DNA of 63,698 bases, filler included, from Asterionella formosa (GCA_002256025.1; 11 parts of 11 records of this genome joined end to end with filler, not necessarily neighbours in it), one strand, 5' to 3'; positions 48,522 to 63,692 are shown, counted from the first letter of the whole stretch. Translations and numbers: made by a program. Notes: generated from the letters alone by a model not told the origin.

Positions 48522-48720
48522 GTACCCGTGTGATTAATTATTCCGTTTGGAATTATGATGGCAATTCGTCGACAGCCGTCAGATGACAAAACCCGTCTTT
48601 AAGCAAATGATAAAGTAGCAATATTTTCCATAATAAATGCGATGATTACGATGCAGTCATATTCTATTACCTAGCGCAGTCTGTTTCTAATATTCTTCGT
48701 TAATGCTTCTGTTATGCTGC

Positions 48721-50688
<1,968 letters not shown>

Positions 50689-52199
50689 TTAATAGAAGCA
50701 AGCCAAAGTCTATGTCAACATAGCTCCTCGCCCCAGCGCTCGATCGTGTTGTAGACAATACAGACGAGTATTATTGCAAAGTGATTTTGCGAACAACTTT
50801 ACAAAATGATGATAGCTATACCGCCGGGAATTGCTTCTCGATGAATCATCATCCCATCATCCAGCCTCATCTGCAAATGATCATCAATGCGTCGTACTGA
50901 GTACGTCATACTGCGGTGGTCGTAAATGATACATGATACCTGATACTCCTGATACCTAAAAATAGAAAAGGGGCGTTCTTATCATTTTGGATAGGATATC
51001 ATAATATTTGAAAAAGTGTCATACTATGGCTACTCGATTTCAGCCGAAAATATTCATTCCCAACTTTAAAAATAAACAATTTGTATCACCAAAAAGTTTC
51101 AAGAAAATTCAACGCTTACAGGCTGGCTGCAAACATGTGTTTTTCCCTCCATTTTTTTTTGATAGGAAACTAGCACTGAAAACATGTAGGAAATCTATGC
51201 ATATGTGCTTGATATAATTTTTAGATATAATTTTTAGACAACCAGTACCTGTTGTGAGGTTGCTGATTCAATTGTTGAAGCTGCTGGAAAGAAAGACCAT
51301 TGTATGAAAATCTTGTTTGTTGATCAACGTTCTCATTGTCAGGATCATTGAAGTCGGAGTCATCCAAATCAATCCGACCAAGTCCTGGAGAAAGATTGGT
51401 TTGAGGGGGCAAAACTTAGAAGCCTTTGTTGTTACTCTTGTTCTCATGAAGTGATAAAGCCGACTTCTTTGGATGGAATGGTCTCTTTCAGTGACGTTTG
51501 TAGTTGTAGTAGCAGTAAACGAAAGTGTTTGACAAATTTCATCCTCCAGGTAGACAGACAAATGTTGATTGTTGACGTTAGTGGTGCTTTTGGTCACCTC
51601 TTTTTGGTGTAGTAGTCTCTTTTCACAATGAGTCATACGTTCCGTCTTTCTTTGACTCTTGTGTCTCTGCAGCAGCAGCGTCCTTTTTGCTTTGGCAAAG
51701 AGCTTTCCAAAGAAACCATTTCATCAAAAGCTGGAGTTGGAAAAGGTACTACTAGTCTGACTGATTTGATGATTGATCCGGTTTGTCATTAAAATTAGAG
51801 ACCTACAGGCTCATTTCGGTTATTTTATCAGTGACAACAGAAATGGTACTTGTTTGAATTTGCCAGTATCACTGATACCTTTTTTAGAGAAGGTCAAAAA
51901 AGGGATCAATTTGGTATCAATGATACTGCATTGCTTGATACGACTAGGGTAGCCATTGCTGATAGTACCCAAAATTGATACCAACTGTCTTTTTTTGCTC
52001 AAAACCCGGAAATGATACCACATTGTGCAAAAAATGCTGAATGATAAGAACTCCCCTAAAGGAACAAACCAACATTCATACCATCTTAGGTAAAATAAAC
52101 TACCGGTACATAGTACTGCTTCCTGCAAGAGCAATTAGCCTGTGGCAGCCAGCAAGTTGCAGTAATTTTGCGATGTCTAGTTCCATGTACGAGTTCGTA

Positions 52200-53633
52200 C
52201 TGGCAATAGGGATTCTAGATAGCAGAGGTGAGAAAAGTGTGTGCAGAAATAGAGAATGGATGGATCAGTTGGATCAGCCTCAATACTATGGATGAGATAT
52301 TGAGTACCAGGCAGGGCTGGTTCTGGGTTGCTGAGAATAGCACTGCCCCATGTGGCATATGATTCAGGGATGGGATGTGTAAGAAGTTGGAGACTTTTAA
52401 CACGGAAGGCTTCTTTGTTCGACTGAAATTCTTGCTATTCCTGAAATTTGGAAGCATAGGATCTATCAGAAAGGCCAAGGAAGTGGGGGAGAGAAAGATC
52501 ATCGAGCATTGAAAAGGATACCAGGAGGGAAATTTCAATTGTTCATCCAGGGACAGTACGTCCTGGAGAAGTTGTGAGTACTCGATTGATAGGGGGGAGA
52601 GTTACAGATAGCTAACTATGGCTGGCGCTGTGATTGTGGGGTAGTGCCTGGTCCTGGGACTTCTCGCCATAGGAAGATGAATGGAAAAGCAATCTTGAGT
52701 TTTCCTTGCAGTAAGGAGATGAGCTGATTTTGCAAGGCTAAGTGGTTGATTTTCTTTGACGAGTAAAGGAGCCATCCGCAGTCAACTGACACGTCTCCAT
52801 GGAAAAGATCGCGATGCAGGATCCCTTGGGGGTGAGCAGCAGAGATAGTCACTAGTTGCTAGTGTGGTGATAGGTTGACAGGAACGAAGATGGATTCTTC
52901 CCCTGACAACATGATCCGTTAATTGATGGCCACTGTGGAGTAGTAGAGAGAAATTACTGTAGCGAATAAAATGTTGGAGGGTAAGGACTGAGGTAGGCGG
53001 TGGGGACTGGCGAGAAATGCATTTGGCGAACTTGCTGGATATTGGGAGTATGGTGGCGAAACAGTCATGGAAGAAAATTGTAGTAAGAAAGGACCGGACA
53101 GTGGCAGTGAGTTGATCAGATGAGTAGTTTACTGGGGTCGGTATGATTTGTGGGAGGGTAACACTGAAGAAGAGCCATGTCAATGTGAATGAGCGAGAAG
53201 TCAGCCGGACTGTTGGGAGGATCTGGAGAGTCGGGAGAGGGGCTTGGAGGGGAGGGGAGACACCGGTGGGAGTGGCGGTAGTGCGCTTGGATACTGGGGT
53301 CGACGACGGGTCAGGAAGATTGTTTGTGGAGGAGGAGCGCTACTTGCCCTTGCTGTGGAGTTCGTGAAGTTTCAAGGATACGGCGGTGGTTGGAGAGTGT
53401 GTAGTATGGCTGGGGGAGAGGTGGAGTGACTAGCAGAGGAAGCAGCGCTCTTCGAAAGAAAGCGCTGCATGATGGTTGCATTACTAGTTTAGTGGCCTTT
53501 TTAATGAAGTCATGGTTGATTTTGTTGGTTCTTTGCGCTGATTGAGCGCTGACGAAGGAGGAACGAAGACGGTTGACATCGGGGGGTTAGGGGTTGGGGT
53601 GGTGGCAAGAGAGGTTGCATCCAATTCGGACAT
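52200..53633 (-). pseudogene. Degenerate long reading frame, possibly LINE ORF1
   Basis: Starts MSELDATSLATTPTPNPP (ATG at 53633). Pro/Ser-rich, strong strand skew, broken ORF pieces (CGWLLYSSK...). No catalytic motif seen. Confidence 0.35.
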
Positions 53634-53695
53634 GGTGAGGGACGTTCAGGTCAGCAGCAGCGCATACTAGCTAGGTGGTGTCCATTGACTATGTA

Positions 53696-53791
53696 CCAGC
53701 AAGTTGCAGCCATTTGGCTTAAATAAACAATTTGATGTAGGATAAAGATACCCAAAGGTTTAGTTTTAGCACAATGACTGCAACTTGCAGG
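53696..53791. mobile_element. Third copy of the 96-bp MITE (an isolated left TIR also lies at 52149-52171)
   Basis: TA|CCAGCAAGTTGCAG...CTGCAACTTGCAGG. Confidence 0.8.
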
Positions 53792-54090
53792 AATAAACGA
53801 TTACTAGGGTACCAGCCAGTCAGCATTTTGATATAGTCTATTTTACTGGTTCATTTTTTAAAAACAATGTATGTTCATGTCATATGTCAATATGACTATA
53901 ATGTTGCAAGATACTACATAGAAAAAATATTTATTGTAGCTAGTAACATGTATGATGCTGGTGCTATCTGGCAGTTCCAAATTTCAAATCNNNNNNNNNN
54001 NNNNNNNNNNNNNNNNNNNNNNNNNNNNNNNNNNTTAATTAATTAANNNNNNNNNNNNNNNNNNNNNNNNNNNNNNNNNNNNNNNNNNNN

Positions 54091-54442
54091 ACACAGGTGT
54101 TCACAACAATACTGACCCTAAACACGCCGCAAAGATGACCCTGATTCTCTAACGTTTCATCAGGCTATTCATGGCAAAAATTGAGAAGAGTACATTAAAG
54201 CCATGCAAATAGAGATTACAACACTCATTCTTCAATGTACCTGGGAATCTGTGCCAAGAACTGCAAACCTCAATGTATTAAAAGGTACATGGGTGTTCAA
54301 ACTGAAACGGCTCCCAGACGGCACACCTTATCGCTTCAAAGCACGCTATTGTGCAAGGGGAGATCTCCAAAAGGAGGGCATTGACTTCTTCGAGACCTAT
54401 TCACCTGATGTCCTTTGGTCTACCATCCGCTTGCTATTGTAG
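54091..54442 (+). mobile_element. Ty1/copia reverse transcriptase (RVT_2) fragment
   Basis: GTWVFKLKRLPDG..RFKARYCARGDLQKEGIDFFETYSP..WSTIRLLL. Confidence 0.9.
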
Positions 54443-54508
54443 AGATTACAATAGCCTGCCAGATTAGAAATAAAGCACCGTTGGTACTTGTTGAGCATCG
54501 TTGAGCAT

Positions 54509-55050
54509 TGCATGTCTCCGTAGTGAGTCGAAATTGAGATGTGCCACAATGGCCTTCTCTGTTTCAGAGCAGTTACAATAGTCTACAGCGATAACTCTAA
54601 CAAGTACAACATAGAAAAATAATTAAAGGATGAATAGCTGCCTGTCAACGATTGACTTTGTAAATTCGTTAAGAAACAGCTGTTGCATATTACAACATTC
54701 AATGCGTGTCGCTGTAGTGAGTCAAAATTGAGATGTGCCGCAATGGCCTTCTCCTATTCGGAGCATCTACAAAAAGTCTACAGCGATAACTCTAGCAAGT
54801 ACACTATAGAAAAGAAAGCAAAGGATGAGTAGCTGTCAACGATTGAATTCGTAAATTCGTTTAGAAACAGCTGTTGCATATTTTAACATTCAATGCATGT
54901 TGCCGTATTGCTTCGAAATTGAGATTTGCCGCAATGGCATCCTTCTTTTTGGAGCAGCTACAAATACTCGAAAGAGCGATAACTCTAGCAAGTACAATAT
55001 AGAAAAAGAAGGAAAGAATGAGTTGCTGTCAACAATTGAATTAGTAAATC
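54509..55050. repeat. ~190-bp tandem (satellite-like) repeat, ~3 units
   Basis: AAATTGAGATGTGCC.CAATGGC...AGCGATAACTCTA.CAAGTAC...GAAACAGCTGTTGCATA recurs with a period of about 190 bp. Confidence 0.9.
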
Positions 55051-55304
55051 AGTAATATTAGTAATAATTTTGGTTCCTAGTTCATTTGCCCTTTGACAAT
55101 AGTCAATTCGTCAAAATTGAAATTCATTTTCACTAAACTGGAGTGAAGTTCAATTGTCTTGCAACTTCTTTCATTGACCGTTTGAAATACTCATATTCAC
55201 TCCTNNNNNNNNNNNNNNNNNNNNNNNNNNNNNNNNNNNNNNNNNNNNTTAATTAATTAANNNNNNNNNNNNNNNNNNNNNNNNNNNNNNNNNNNNNNNN
55301 NNNN

Positions 55305-56063
55305 CAAGACGAACACAAAAACAAACACGTATTCCAACACTTGCACCAACAACGTGGTCCCCGACACATATGCCAACAAGTGCGACAAGAACGAAACCCC
55401 CGACAAGACGAACACAAACACAAACACATACACAAGCAATTGCACCAACAACGTGGTCCCCGACACATCCCCCAACACTTCTGCCAACCCGTCCTGTGAC
55501 GCATCCAGTATTTCCGTCAATGTTGGTGTTTGAATGAACAAGATCAACTTGTCATACTGATAGTAGTTAATTGGTAACCACCAATCCAAGATAGTACTCC
55601 ATATACTGTTAAGAAAAGCAACACATTTGATGCAATCGTGGTGGACTCGAAGGAACATGAGCCACTTGTCATTGTCATAGTATGCATACCGGTAGGCATA
55701 GTACCGCCAGTAGTCAAATGCATGCTCCTCCCAGACAAGGAGTTCACTTGGTTGGTTGGTGGTGGTTCTTGCTGCTGCTGCTTTCTTGATAATGCTCCTG
55801 GTAGCAGGTAGAGCACTAATAAGCAGCAACTCTGTTCCATTTGTCTTCCAGCTGAAATTCTCGGAAAGTATAATGGATTCAATGGGCGTTGCACTTCTGC
55901 ACTCCTGCACCCATTGCATCATGCCAAGCCTCTCTGCAAAGTCTTGTTGAAAAGCCACATTTTGTTCCCCGAACTTGGAGTTCGAGTAGGCATACCGTGG
56001 CGAAGACAACATTGACTTTCCTAGAAAGGTCAAGGCGAAAAGTAAAAGTAAAAGTAGATTCAT
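55305..56063 (-). CDS. Hypothetical membrane protein, 3'-truncated, with repeated hydrophobic segments
   Basis: MNLLLLLLFALTFLG... reads open to the contig end with a repeated VSGTTLLVQ...YVFVFVFVL. No family recognised. Confidence 0.3.
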
Positions 56064-56083
56064 TTTATTCGTTTCTGTTGAGC

Positions 56084-56305
56084 ACGGAAACGGAAACGGA
56101 AACGGAAACGCAAAGACATGGAACGACGACAATGGAAGAAGTGGCTGGTGTGAGCAAGCGAATTGGAATTGGAATTGGAACTGGGACTGGAACTGCAGTT
56201 TCTCGTCTCCTTCCCATGATGAGGGAAGTAGAGCGAGTCGAAAGCAAGCAGGAAGGAACGAACGAGACGAGACGAGACGAGAAGAGACGAGACGAGACGA
56301 GACGA
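56084..56305. repeat. Microsatellite cluster
   Basis: (ACGGAA)n, (GGAATT/GGAACT)n and (GAGAC)n. Confidence 0.9.
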
Positions 56306-56518
56306 GCAATTCAATTGACGAAAACTTACATTATTTGTTTGGCATAAAACACTGTTCGTCGTATTCTATGAGCAAAACCGTGGCAAAGCAAAAATTGAAT
56401 AGAGTCAAGGCAAGCAAGNNNNNNNNNNNNNNNNNNNNNNNNNNNNNNNNNNNNNNNNNNNNTTAATTAATTAANNNNNNNNNNNNNNNNNNNNNNNNNN
56501 NNNNNNNNNNNNNNNNNN

Positions 56519-57199
56519 AAACTTGTATAGGCAACCGTACTATTTCGTTTCGCACGCTTCTCATCGTTGTCGCTCGGAACAATCTTCACTCCAGCTGAAT
56601 CTCTCTCACCTGGTGATACTTCATCTCCACTTAGGATTCCTTCAAAACCTTTGTAGCAGGCATAGGCCACAAACTTCGCTTTTCAAACATGCCACTTGGC
56701 ATCGGTACCATCAAATGTTGGCAACCGCACTCCTGACGATTCGTCGTCAATTCCCATCTTGAGTACCCTTTCAAACCTATACGCTTTAAAACGTGTTGAA
56801 ATGGTCCGTACTCCTTCCCGCGGGTTGGGTCTCTCTTCACGTAGACTCTTACGTGATCGTAGTACTCCCTAGTACCACTTACTTTCTCTCTTGTCTCTGC
56901 TTCTAGCCTTCCTGCTAGATAGACTAATTGACCTTCCTGTCAATTAACACACTGTTTCCTCGGTTGATAATCTAAAACTCAAATTAAATTATAAGCTAAA
57001 CTAAATGTTTCCTTTCCATGCATCTTTGCTTCCTGCAAAGTCGTTCTCAGACTCTCTTCGAGTTTCCACTTAACATTTCCTTAGAAATCTTCAATCTCTG
57101 ATCTCGTTAGACAGCTGATTGACGTGGCAATGCAATATTCGACTCGTTCGATTACAATCGAGTCCACAATCCTTGTGACTCGGACTAATATTCTTGACA
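56519..57199 (-). mobile_element. Ty1/copia 5' LTR (~57199-56860) and gag N-terminus, same family as 18224
   Basis: LTR starts TGTCAAGAATATTAG. Gag TFDGTDAKWHV...MAYACYKGFEGILSGD...DEKRAKRN aligns with the reconstituted gag around 18700 and 20305. Confidence 0.8.
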
Positions 57200-57732
57200 C
57201 CTATATGCATGATACTTTTTATTTGCAGACGTAATCATGACATCGGACTAAAATAATTTCAGTCGTAAACACAACAGGGTAAAATAACGATGACTCTCAG
57301 TTTTGAGGTTGTTGCCAGGTAAGCCCTGGTACAACTGTGGTAATCTACTATACCGGTAAATTTGATGGATTATTAATACCGGTACCGGTAGTCTACCCGA
57401 CATGACTTGTCAGTGTCGGGAGGGGAGACAACATCGTCGCCACATTCATTAGCATCCCAGCTAATAGATCAACCATGCAACAAGGAGAAGTGAGCTTGCA
57501 GTCAAGTGTAATCATGAAATGGAGATCAGGAATTAACAGGAACACCAAAACAAGGCAACGAATCGTTCCTATTCTTCTCTTCGTCGGATGCGTTCTCGTA
57601 ATTTCGGGTATCGTCTATGCGATGGCGTCGTCNNNNNNNNNNNNNNNNNNNNNNNNNNNNNNNNNNNNNNNNNNNNTTAATTAATTAANNNNNNNNNNNN
57701 NNNNNNNNNNNNNNNNNNNNNNNNNNNNNNNN

Positions 57733-58846
57733 GAGGCGATGGGAGCAATGACTGATGAGAAGGTGGTAGCAGAGGTCTGGGAGAAGTGGCTGGAGGGGCA
57801 GTTGGAATTGAGAGAGCAGAGACTGGGACTCGAGCATCCTGGGCGCCTCTAATGAGTGAGTTTTGCCTGTTATGTTGTTCTTGAGCAATAAAATCTTCAT
57901 TCCATTCATCACCCAATGGAGGAGGTTCATAGTCATCAAAGAAATATTGGAAATGACTGTGCCCAAAGAGGTTGTCCCAAATTGGGTCATTTAGATCTGG
58001 AACTCGATCAGGATCTGAAATGACAGTGGAGAACCAAGAGTCAAATACACAGTGGAACTGAGGGCTGATGTATCCAGTGTTCAGATTAAGCACCAGTGGG
58101 GCAGTGGAGGCATGCTTCTTTGAGAGTCCCAAGAAAACCGCACGACGCGAACGAGGTTTCCATCTAGGAAGTTTCTTTCCATCCTGCATGGTAGAATCCA
58201 GGACATACACGGGACTTCCCCATACTTGGAGATCATTGCATTTGTGGGTGGGCCATTTAGTGCCTGAGAAAATGTCAAGAGGTGCCAGGCCATTTTTCCT
58301 GTTAGGGAGATGATTATGAATGTACACAGCATAGTCAACAGCCATAGGCCAAAGGGTAGTATCAGCAGTGTCACACCAGCGGATGGCAGCATGCAGCATC
58401 ATAGTTCGCGCCATAGACATAATGGTTTGAATGTTCCGCTCTGCAACACCATTATGATGATGAGCACCTACTCCAGCAAAGTGGCTGACTTGTTTGAAAG
58501 CTGCCAATTCTGCAACATATTCCTTATCAGTGAAAGCCTTTCCATTGTCTGAAAGGTAAGATTGAACAATAACTCCAGAGTCACGAGCAGCAGCCTCAAA
58601 TTTGTGTTTTGAAACAAGAGTTTCATGAGAGGTCAGAGAGACTTGATGTTCCACATGAACAAAACCGGAAGCATGGTCAACAAACAGACATCCTCCTGAG
58701 TACATTTGCTCTTGAACCGTTTTTCCTTTCGAATCATAGTGTCGTCCCTTAGTGTGACAAACAAAGTGATCGACTGAGACTTGCTGCCCTGGTAGGAGGT
58801 CTCCTTTCTTAAGTGCACCACAGCTTGATGGAACAGGTGTAGAAAC
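57733..58846 (-). mobile_element. Ty1/copia (CoDi-type) integrase region, open frame
   Basis: GGCLFVDHASG...YLSDNG...GVGAHHHNGVAERNIQT...LWPMAVDYA...PRWKPRSRRAVFLG...ISPQFHCVFD. Confidence 0.92.
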
Positions 58847-58946
58847 NNNNNNNNNNNNNNNNNNNNNNNNNNNNNNNNNNNNNNNNNNNNTTAATTAATT
58901 AANNNNNNNNNNNNNNNNNNNNNNNNNNNNNNNNNNNNNNNNNNNN

Positions 58947-60026
58947 CGTCGAAGAATCAAGTCAATCGCATTGACAAAGGTTTTGAGGTGTTCCTCTTGC
59001 GAAACCGAACCTGGGCTGCTCGACCATGAGAGAGCCGATAATGAAGTACCAAATGAACTGCAGATCGCAGTGTACAAATGGTCAATGTCGTTCCAATGTT
59101 GACAGTCTGGAATGACAGTTACGAGGTACTTGCAGCTACTGTCATATTGCAGCGTACGAATCAAGTTAACAAGTGAGTGCGACTTGCCAATTCCCTGCGG
59201 TCCCTTAATCATGATTCCAGCCGGACCACCTATATTGAAGGCATCTTCAACCGCTTTCATCATATCCTTCACAATTTCAGGCCGATATAAGATTCCCCGT
59301 CTCTTGCAATCATTAAACCGCACTTTTCGGAGCCCTTTCATCCAGTAACTATCTTCGGGGGAAAAGACGGGAACAATGGGATCAGAAGGAGGTAAAGAAT
59401 CGTCAGAATCAGATAAAGTAGGTTCAAAAGGAAGCTCGTTTCGATCAATCTTGTAGATATGCATTGTCTGTGGAACGATTCGCTTTTCCTGATCCACCTT
59501 CAAGCGCTTGAAATGAACGTTGAGCTTCTCCTTTATAAGCAATATTAAGGTCGAGGCTTCCTCCTGCTCATCATTTTGTTTCTGGCGTTTCGTCGTTCCT
59601 TGGTCTTTTCAACAGTAGCGAGTATTTGTATGGGATAAATGATACGAAATGATACGTGAGTATTAGGAGCTGTGACCTACAATACAATAGAAGGTATTCC
59701 ATGAGATCAAAACACGTACCAATATCAGGTTGGATGACCACGATCAGGATCACGATCACGAACGCATTCTTGCTGCTAGTTCCCCAATTCAGATGAACAA
59801 CCAGACCTCCAGGATCCATGGTTGGATCATCAGCTCCCTCAGGAACCGGCACTTGAGTTCCAGGTGGGCACACACGGAGCCGCGCTGAGGAAACACCTTG
59901 AAGATCGTCACCACATTTAATCTTCACAGCTTCCATCAAGTCAGCAATGACATCATTCTTCTTCAACGTGACATAAACTGGCAATAGTCCTGCGTTTCCA
60001 CGGAACAACTGGAACCAAACCTTCAT
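58947..60026 (-). CDS. Crinkler/RHS-like (CR) protein: ubiquitin-like header + P-loop NTPase, 3'-truncated, 2 exons
   Basis: Exon 1 60026-59720 (MKVWFQL...DVIADLMEAVKIK...LQGVSSARLRV). A GT-AG intron at 59719-59605 joins it in frame to exon 2 with GPQGIGKS. Confidence 0.65.
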
Positions 60027-61900
60027 TGTTTTCTAACTGATGGTGGTGGGTACCTGGTTGNNNNNNNNNNNNNNNNNNNNNNNNNNNNNNNNNNNNNNNN
60101 NNNNTTAATTAATTAANNNNNNNNNNNNNNNNNNNNNNNNNNNNNNNNNNNNNNNNNNNNAGAGAGGTGCCCGAATGGGAGGAGGTCGACTGCGTGCAAT
60201 CGGTTACCAAAGAGAGAGTCTATTATGATTAGCAACAGCCTCCCTGACGAAGATCATGATCAACGTTACTCGAGCCAGGAAGGAGTGTCCTACCGGTAGT
60301 TGTGCCCGCAGCCGTTTTGACTGGTATTTCAATTTCTTTCTTTGATCGTGAGCGGGCCTGCCGTGGCCAGTAGATATATTACCTACCACTCTGTATGATA
60401 TTTCATACTCTGGATGATGTTCAATTTATTTCTTCCACTGCTCGCCTGATGTATGTTCATTGATTTTCTATCTAAGAATGTGAACACTGGATTTTTTGCA
60501 TTGACACAAGCTTCATACAAATGATACTGATACTTAAAAATATTGAAATCTATTTATATCCATAAATGTGTATAGGTATACTCTCTACCGCCTCGTAAGT
60601 ATGGTGCGCTGGTGGGATATTTACTACAGAACTTGTTTACTAACTAACTGGAGTGAAAGCTACCGGTAGGCTAGATACATTTGTCAGGTACCAGGTACCA
60701 CCAGTACAGTTATGAATTTATTAGTGATAAATCTCTTGTCTTGGTGATGGCCTGGAAACAACAAAAATTTTCAACAGCTGTATTGAATCAACATAAATAC
60801 ATTCAAAGTGCAAAGATTGAAGAGATTAGCCATTGGATTGGAATAAACATGCCTTGAGAATTTTGACTTGTTGCCTTTTAAATATTTATCACTAAAAATA
60901 CTTGTTGTTTTGTCATCACAAAGGCCATTGCAATGGCCATCAACAACCTTTGCTTATGCCATCTTTGCTTCTTGCTGTGACCTTGTGAATTCACCACTGG
61001 TTCGAGCATTGAACACTTGGACTAATAGAATGAATCGATGGATCCTTGTGGGCACTCAGCATTCCAATTTAGTTTTGAGCGATTTTAACATTGGTTATCA
61101 TGGCAAGCACCAGCAAAGAACTTGATATTACAACATGAATACACTGGACATTTGGTCTGAGAAGGAGGAATGGACCATCACAAGTTTGATGAACCTCAAA
61201 ACTAGCTACTAGGGAAGATAATTAATGCTAGAACATAATTGTTAACATACAGTAGTAAGTTAAAAGAATAGGTNNNNNNNNNNNNNNNNNNNNNNNNNNN
61301 NNNNNNNNNNNNNNNNNTTAATTAATTAANNNNNNNNNNNNNNNNNNNNNNNNNNNNNNNNNNNNNNNNNNNNTTAGTTATTGGTTCTTGATTCAAATCG
61401 AGGCATGGGAGAGTCCTGCTTCGATCAAATTCATTGGTGGCGAGCACCCAAAAGAAAAGCCCAGCGGCTCTGGAACAAAGAAAATTCTCCGCCTCTCTGG
61501 TGTTGGAGAAAATATTTTAGGAAAGAAAATCCCGGTATAAATTACCTACTACATATTGAATCGAATGAATCAAGAAAGAATATGGTCCCAGAGAATTCGA
61601 AAACAATCTACGCCAACAGTAAAAAACCCATAATTCTATTAAAACTCTTAGGAACGATTACAATCGATCACGGAGACATCGTTGTTATATCTACAGCCTA
61701 TTTGGTCCCTGACGTGTCCTTACAGGATACAAGAAAGCATATAGTGCTTCGGGACGCAATTTCAACAGTTTTAATAGAATTAGCCGGCCAGGAAGAGCCG
61801 TGATACCACAATCAACAACAAGCGGACAATTGAGAGTCCGGAGACAAGATCTGAGGGTACCAGACCATCCAGAGTCTGAAGAAGTCGCACAAGGCGCATC

Positions 61901-62486
61901 ATGAGTGGCAAAGGAAAGTTTACCAAGAAGGCTCAAGCCAAGGGCAAGTTTCAAGCCAAGGGAGGGAGCAATATTGCTTCTCAATCAATCAAGAAGTCAG
62001 TCAATGACTATAACTACTACCTCGGATCATCGAAGCAGGCATCTGACTATGAGACTACTACTGAGTACCTCATCAATCATATCAAGAAAGTGTTCGACTA
62101 TGGCAACGACATAGGAACCGCGCTCGAGTTATTAGAACCAATGAGCACATTGGCATGGAAACCAAGAATGCAAGTGAGCATTGCAACAACAGAAGAAGAT
62201 CGCGCTGCAGAGAATCGACAATATGAGATTGAGTTCAAGGCTGACTATGACACCTACAGTAAAAGGGTACAGGCCTACGAAAATAATAATACCAAGGCAT
62301 ATGCGTTGCTCTGGGAAAGATGCAACAAAGCCATGAAGAACAAGATTGAAGCAAGATCCGATTACAATAGGATCAAAAATAACCCAATAACATTGCTTAT
62401 GGCAATTAAAGAACACGCATTAAATTTTCAAGAGAATCGATATTCAATGTCGATCATTTTAGATGCGATGAGAACGCTTTTGTTCA
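61901..62486 (+). mobile_element. Ty1/copia (CoDi-type) gag N-terminus, preceded by a probable LTR end (~61768, TTCAACA)
   Basis: YYLGSSKQASDYETTTEYLINHIKKVFDYGNDI...KAYALLWERCNKAMKNKIE...PITLLMAIKEH, intact up to the contig end. Confidence 0.85.
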
Positions 62487-62586
62487 NNNNNNNNNNNNNN
62501 NNNNNNNNNNNNNNNNNNNNNNNNNNNNNNTTAATTAATTAANNNNNNNNNNNNNNNNNNNNNNNNNNNNNNNNNNNNNNNNNNNN

Positions 62587-62919
62587 CGCAAGGGCTTTGC
62601 GCTGATGTCGAACCAGCGTCCGGACATCTCGGCCGCGCGCCGCCTGCCGGTGCTGGCCGATGTCGGCCTGCGTGGCGACATGACTGTCTGGCATGGCCTG
62701 TACGCGCCCCGGGGTACGCCGCCAGCCGTGCTGGCGCGCCTGAACGCGGCGCTTCGCTCGGCTCTGCAGAACACCGAGTTCCGCCGCAAGCAGGACGCGC
62801 TGGGCGCCGTGGTGGCCAGTGACCACCGCAACACGCCAGCCGGACACAAGCGCTTTGTCGAAGCGGAAATCAACCGCTGGGGCCCACTGATTCGCGCCGC
62901 GGGCCAGTACGCCGACTGA
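62587..62919 (+). CDS. Bacterial Bug/TctC tripartite tricarboxylate transporter substrate-binding protein, C-terminal part
   Basis: LPVLADVGL...WHGLYAPRGTPPAVLARLNAAL...FVEAEINRWGPLIRAAG. High GC, truncated at the contig start. Confidence 0.9.
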   Translation, partial: RKGFALMSNQRPDISAARRLPVLADVGLRGDMTVWHGLYAPRGTPPAVLARLNAALRSALQNTEFRRKQDALGAVVASDHRNTPAGHKRFVEAEINRWGPLIRAAGQYAD

Positions 62920-63015
62920 AGCGCGCCGGGCCATCTGACAAATCCAGCCGGACTTCGTCTTGGAAGGTGCACCGCACGACGGTGCACCCAAAGAACCCCA
63001 GGATCGGAGAACCCC

Positions 63016-63369
63016 ATGTCGTCGCTGTTGTCCCGTTGGTTGCCCCGCAAGGCCGAAGCCGCTGCTGCCGCGGCCCCGGCCGACACCCTGTCGCCGCTGA
63101 GCATCAGCCCGGCGGGCCTGGTCGGCGAGTTCCTGGGTCTGCGTGAAGACGCGCCGATGCTCGACAAGCTGGCACTGTGCAACCGCGTCAACGACCAGGT
63201 GATCTTCGTGCGCTTCTCGGTGAGCGACCCCACCACCCTGGTCAGCGACTACAGCCTGCCGTTTGACGGCGGCGTCACCGCCGCGGCCATCATGGCCACG
63301 CTGCGTCGCATGGCGCGCATCACTGGCCAGTCCATCGGTGAGATGGACGCGGACAAGTTGGTCGTATGA
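63016..63369 (+). CDS. Bacterial hypothetical protein (117 aa)
   Basis: GGAGA ribosome-binding site upstream, GC3-rich codons, stop overlaps the next start (ATGA). Confidence 0.7.
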   Translation: MSSLLSRWLPRKAEAAAAAAPADTLSPLSISPAGLVGEFLGLREDAPMLDKLALCNRVNDQVIFVRFSVSDPTTLVSDYSLPFDGGVTAAAIMATLRRMARITGQSIGEMDADKLVV

Positions 63370-63692
63370 GCCACGGCCAACATCGAATGGGCGCTGCACA
63401 GCTGGCCGGCCAGCGCGCCACTGTTTCACTCAATCTGCTGGCCATCGGTACAACATTCGTGGCTTGCGCCGCCTGGGTGGCGGCCGATGCGCACAACTAT
63501 CCCAACGCCGGTTGGTGGGAGTTTCCGCTGACTTGGCTGGTGATCGGCTTCATGACGAGCCTGCCTTTCCTGTTCACCTTGGCCTACCTGCACGAAGGCG
63601 ACACCGAGTGGCAGCGCATCGCCACGATCACCGCCAACCTGGCCTATGCCGTCATCGGCTTTGCGTCTGTTATGAAATCTCGTAAAAAATAA
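63366..63692 (+). CDS. Bacterial hypothetical membrane protein (about 3 TM)
   Basis: Translationally coupled to the upstream ORF. Three hydrophobic segments. Confidence 0.65.
   Translation: MSHGQHRMGAAQLAGQRATVSLNLLAIGTTFVACAAWVAADAHNYPNAGWWEFPLTWLVIGFMTSLPFLFTLAYLHEGDTEWQRIATITANLAYAVIGFASVMKSRKK

Noticed and set aside
50900..52040. GATAC-rich short inverted repeats around broken ORFs, possibly a hAT-like remnant
   Set aside because: No convincing TIR pair, TSD or transposase motif.
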